A stretch of DNA of 64,000 nucleotides from Kondoa subrosea (Eukaryota), in contig BCIN01000003.1 in assembly GCA_039545335.1 (NCBI GenBank), forward strand, positions 806,001-870,000, read 5' to 3'. The notes below the pieces were generated by a model that saw only the letters and a list, made by a program, of their open reading frames with translations, searched no databases and was not told the origin of the DNA. Shown here one piece after another: positions 63,217 through 64,000 of this stretch (its first letter is position 1; the number at the start of each line of letters is the position of its first letter). Position numbers and translations under genes: made by a program.

Positions 63217-64000
63217 ATGGCGCACACCAATGGAATCGCCCATCAAGAGACCGCAACCGTGAGTTCTCTCGCAGCCCATCCGATAAAGATCTGAGTAATC
63301 AATGAACGATTGCGTTTTGTTGCCAGTCTTTGGTCTTACAAGCAATCTCAATTCTCACTCTAGGCATCGTCCCTAAAGATTCTCTCACGTCACGCAAATC
63401 AAACTCTGAGCTTATCTGCTCCATTCAAAACTTACTCTCTACTTCCCTTGATCCCTCTTCTTCTTCCTCATCACCTCCTCTATCTCCCGAAGAATCCGAT
63501 GCATCAGAGGAGTCAACAGCACCAGAGCCTGACTACGCTTTCGATTCAGCTTCCAAAACTCTGCATATCCCTAATCCTGAATCAATTGATCGATCAGATT
63601 ATGCATCAGAAGAAAGATCTTCAATTGATCTCACAGTCAAATTCTGGTATCTCTCTGCCAAAGAAGATAAAAATGCAACTCAAGCTTCAAAATCTTTGGA
63701 TCCAAATTGCGTGAAACAAGCTTTAGGGATATTGAAAACTACAACGGGTTTGAATAGTGTGGATACTTTGATCTTGCAATTACCTAAATTACATTACGAT
63801 GATGTGGAGGCTGGAGAAGAAGAGGAAGAAGAATTGATAAATAATGTTCGAAGATTATATACCGTCAGTTTGATTGATCGTCATCAGCTTGAAGTTGATT
63901 GAAGGACACTCGAATCTGACAGACTATCAGCACATCACCTGAAATCAATTCAATGGGCTTATCGGAATTCTCTTTACCTCGATTGCAAAGACTGTACAAA
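63217..64000 (+). CDS. GCLM: Glutamate-cysteine ligase modifier subunit (AKR-like), truncated by the window end
   Basis: KSNSELI, IDLTVKFWYL, VDTLILQLP and a downstream exon SMGLSEFSLPRL. First exon MAHTNG...|SLVLQ is inferred. Confidence 0.75.

Noticed and set aside
1..64000. tRNA/rRNA, transposons, CRISPR arrays and the many antisense ORFs in the track
   Set aside because: No cloverleaf, rRNA, transposase/RT motif, terminal repeat or repeat-spacer array was seen by eye. The antisense ORFs shadow well-supported genes.

Overview
Gene-dense, intron-rich fungal DNA. Introns are short (about 50-60 nt) and numerous, which suggests a basidiomycete (inference). About 33 protein genes were rebuilt by manual splicing, so internal boundaries are approximate. 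Conserved genes: YIP1, an RPEL protein, ITC1/ACF1, YTH1, SEC17, ILV1, ATP7, an MFS sugar porter, NPC2, an RNAi-type RdRP, FOX2, a NAP-family chaperone, MOCS2A, a biotin pair (BIO3-BIO1 and bioF) and GCLM. These are interleaved with lineage-specific genes. Five are F-box/LRR genes, one of them frameshifted. One is a TM/coiled-coil/HPD (J-domain-like) gene broken by a single in-frame TAA. One is an atypical kinase. One is a large orphan gene at 17.7-21.0 kb, which the ORF track splits into pieces but which appears to be a single gene with a tandemly duplicated, unrecognised module that keeps the same intron phases. No tRNA, rRNA, transposon or CRISPR feature could be supported.
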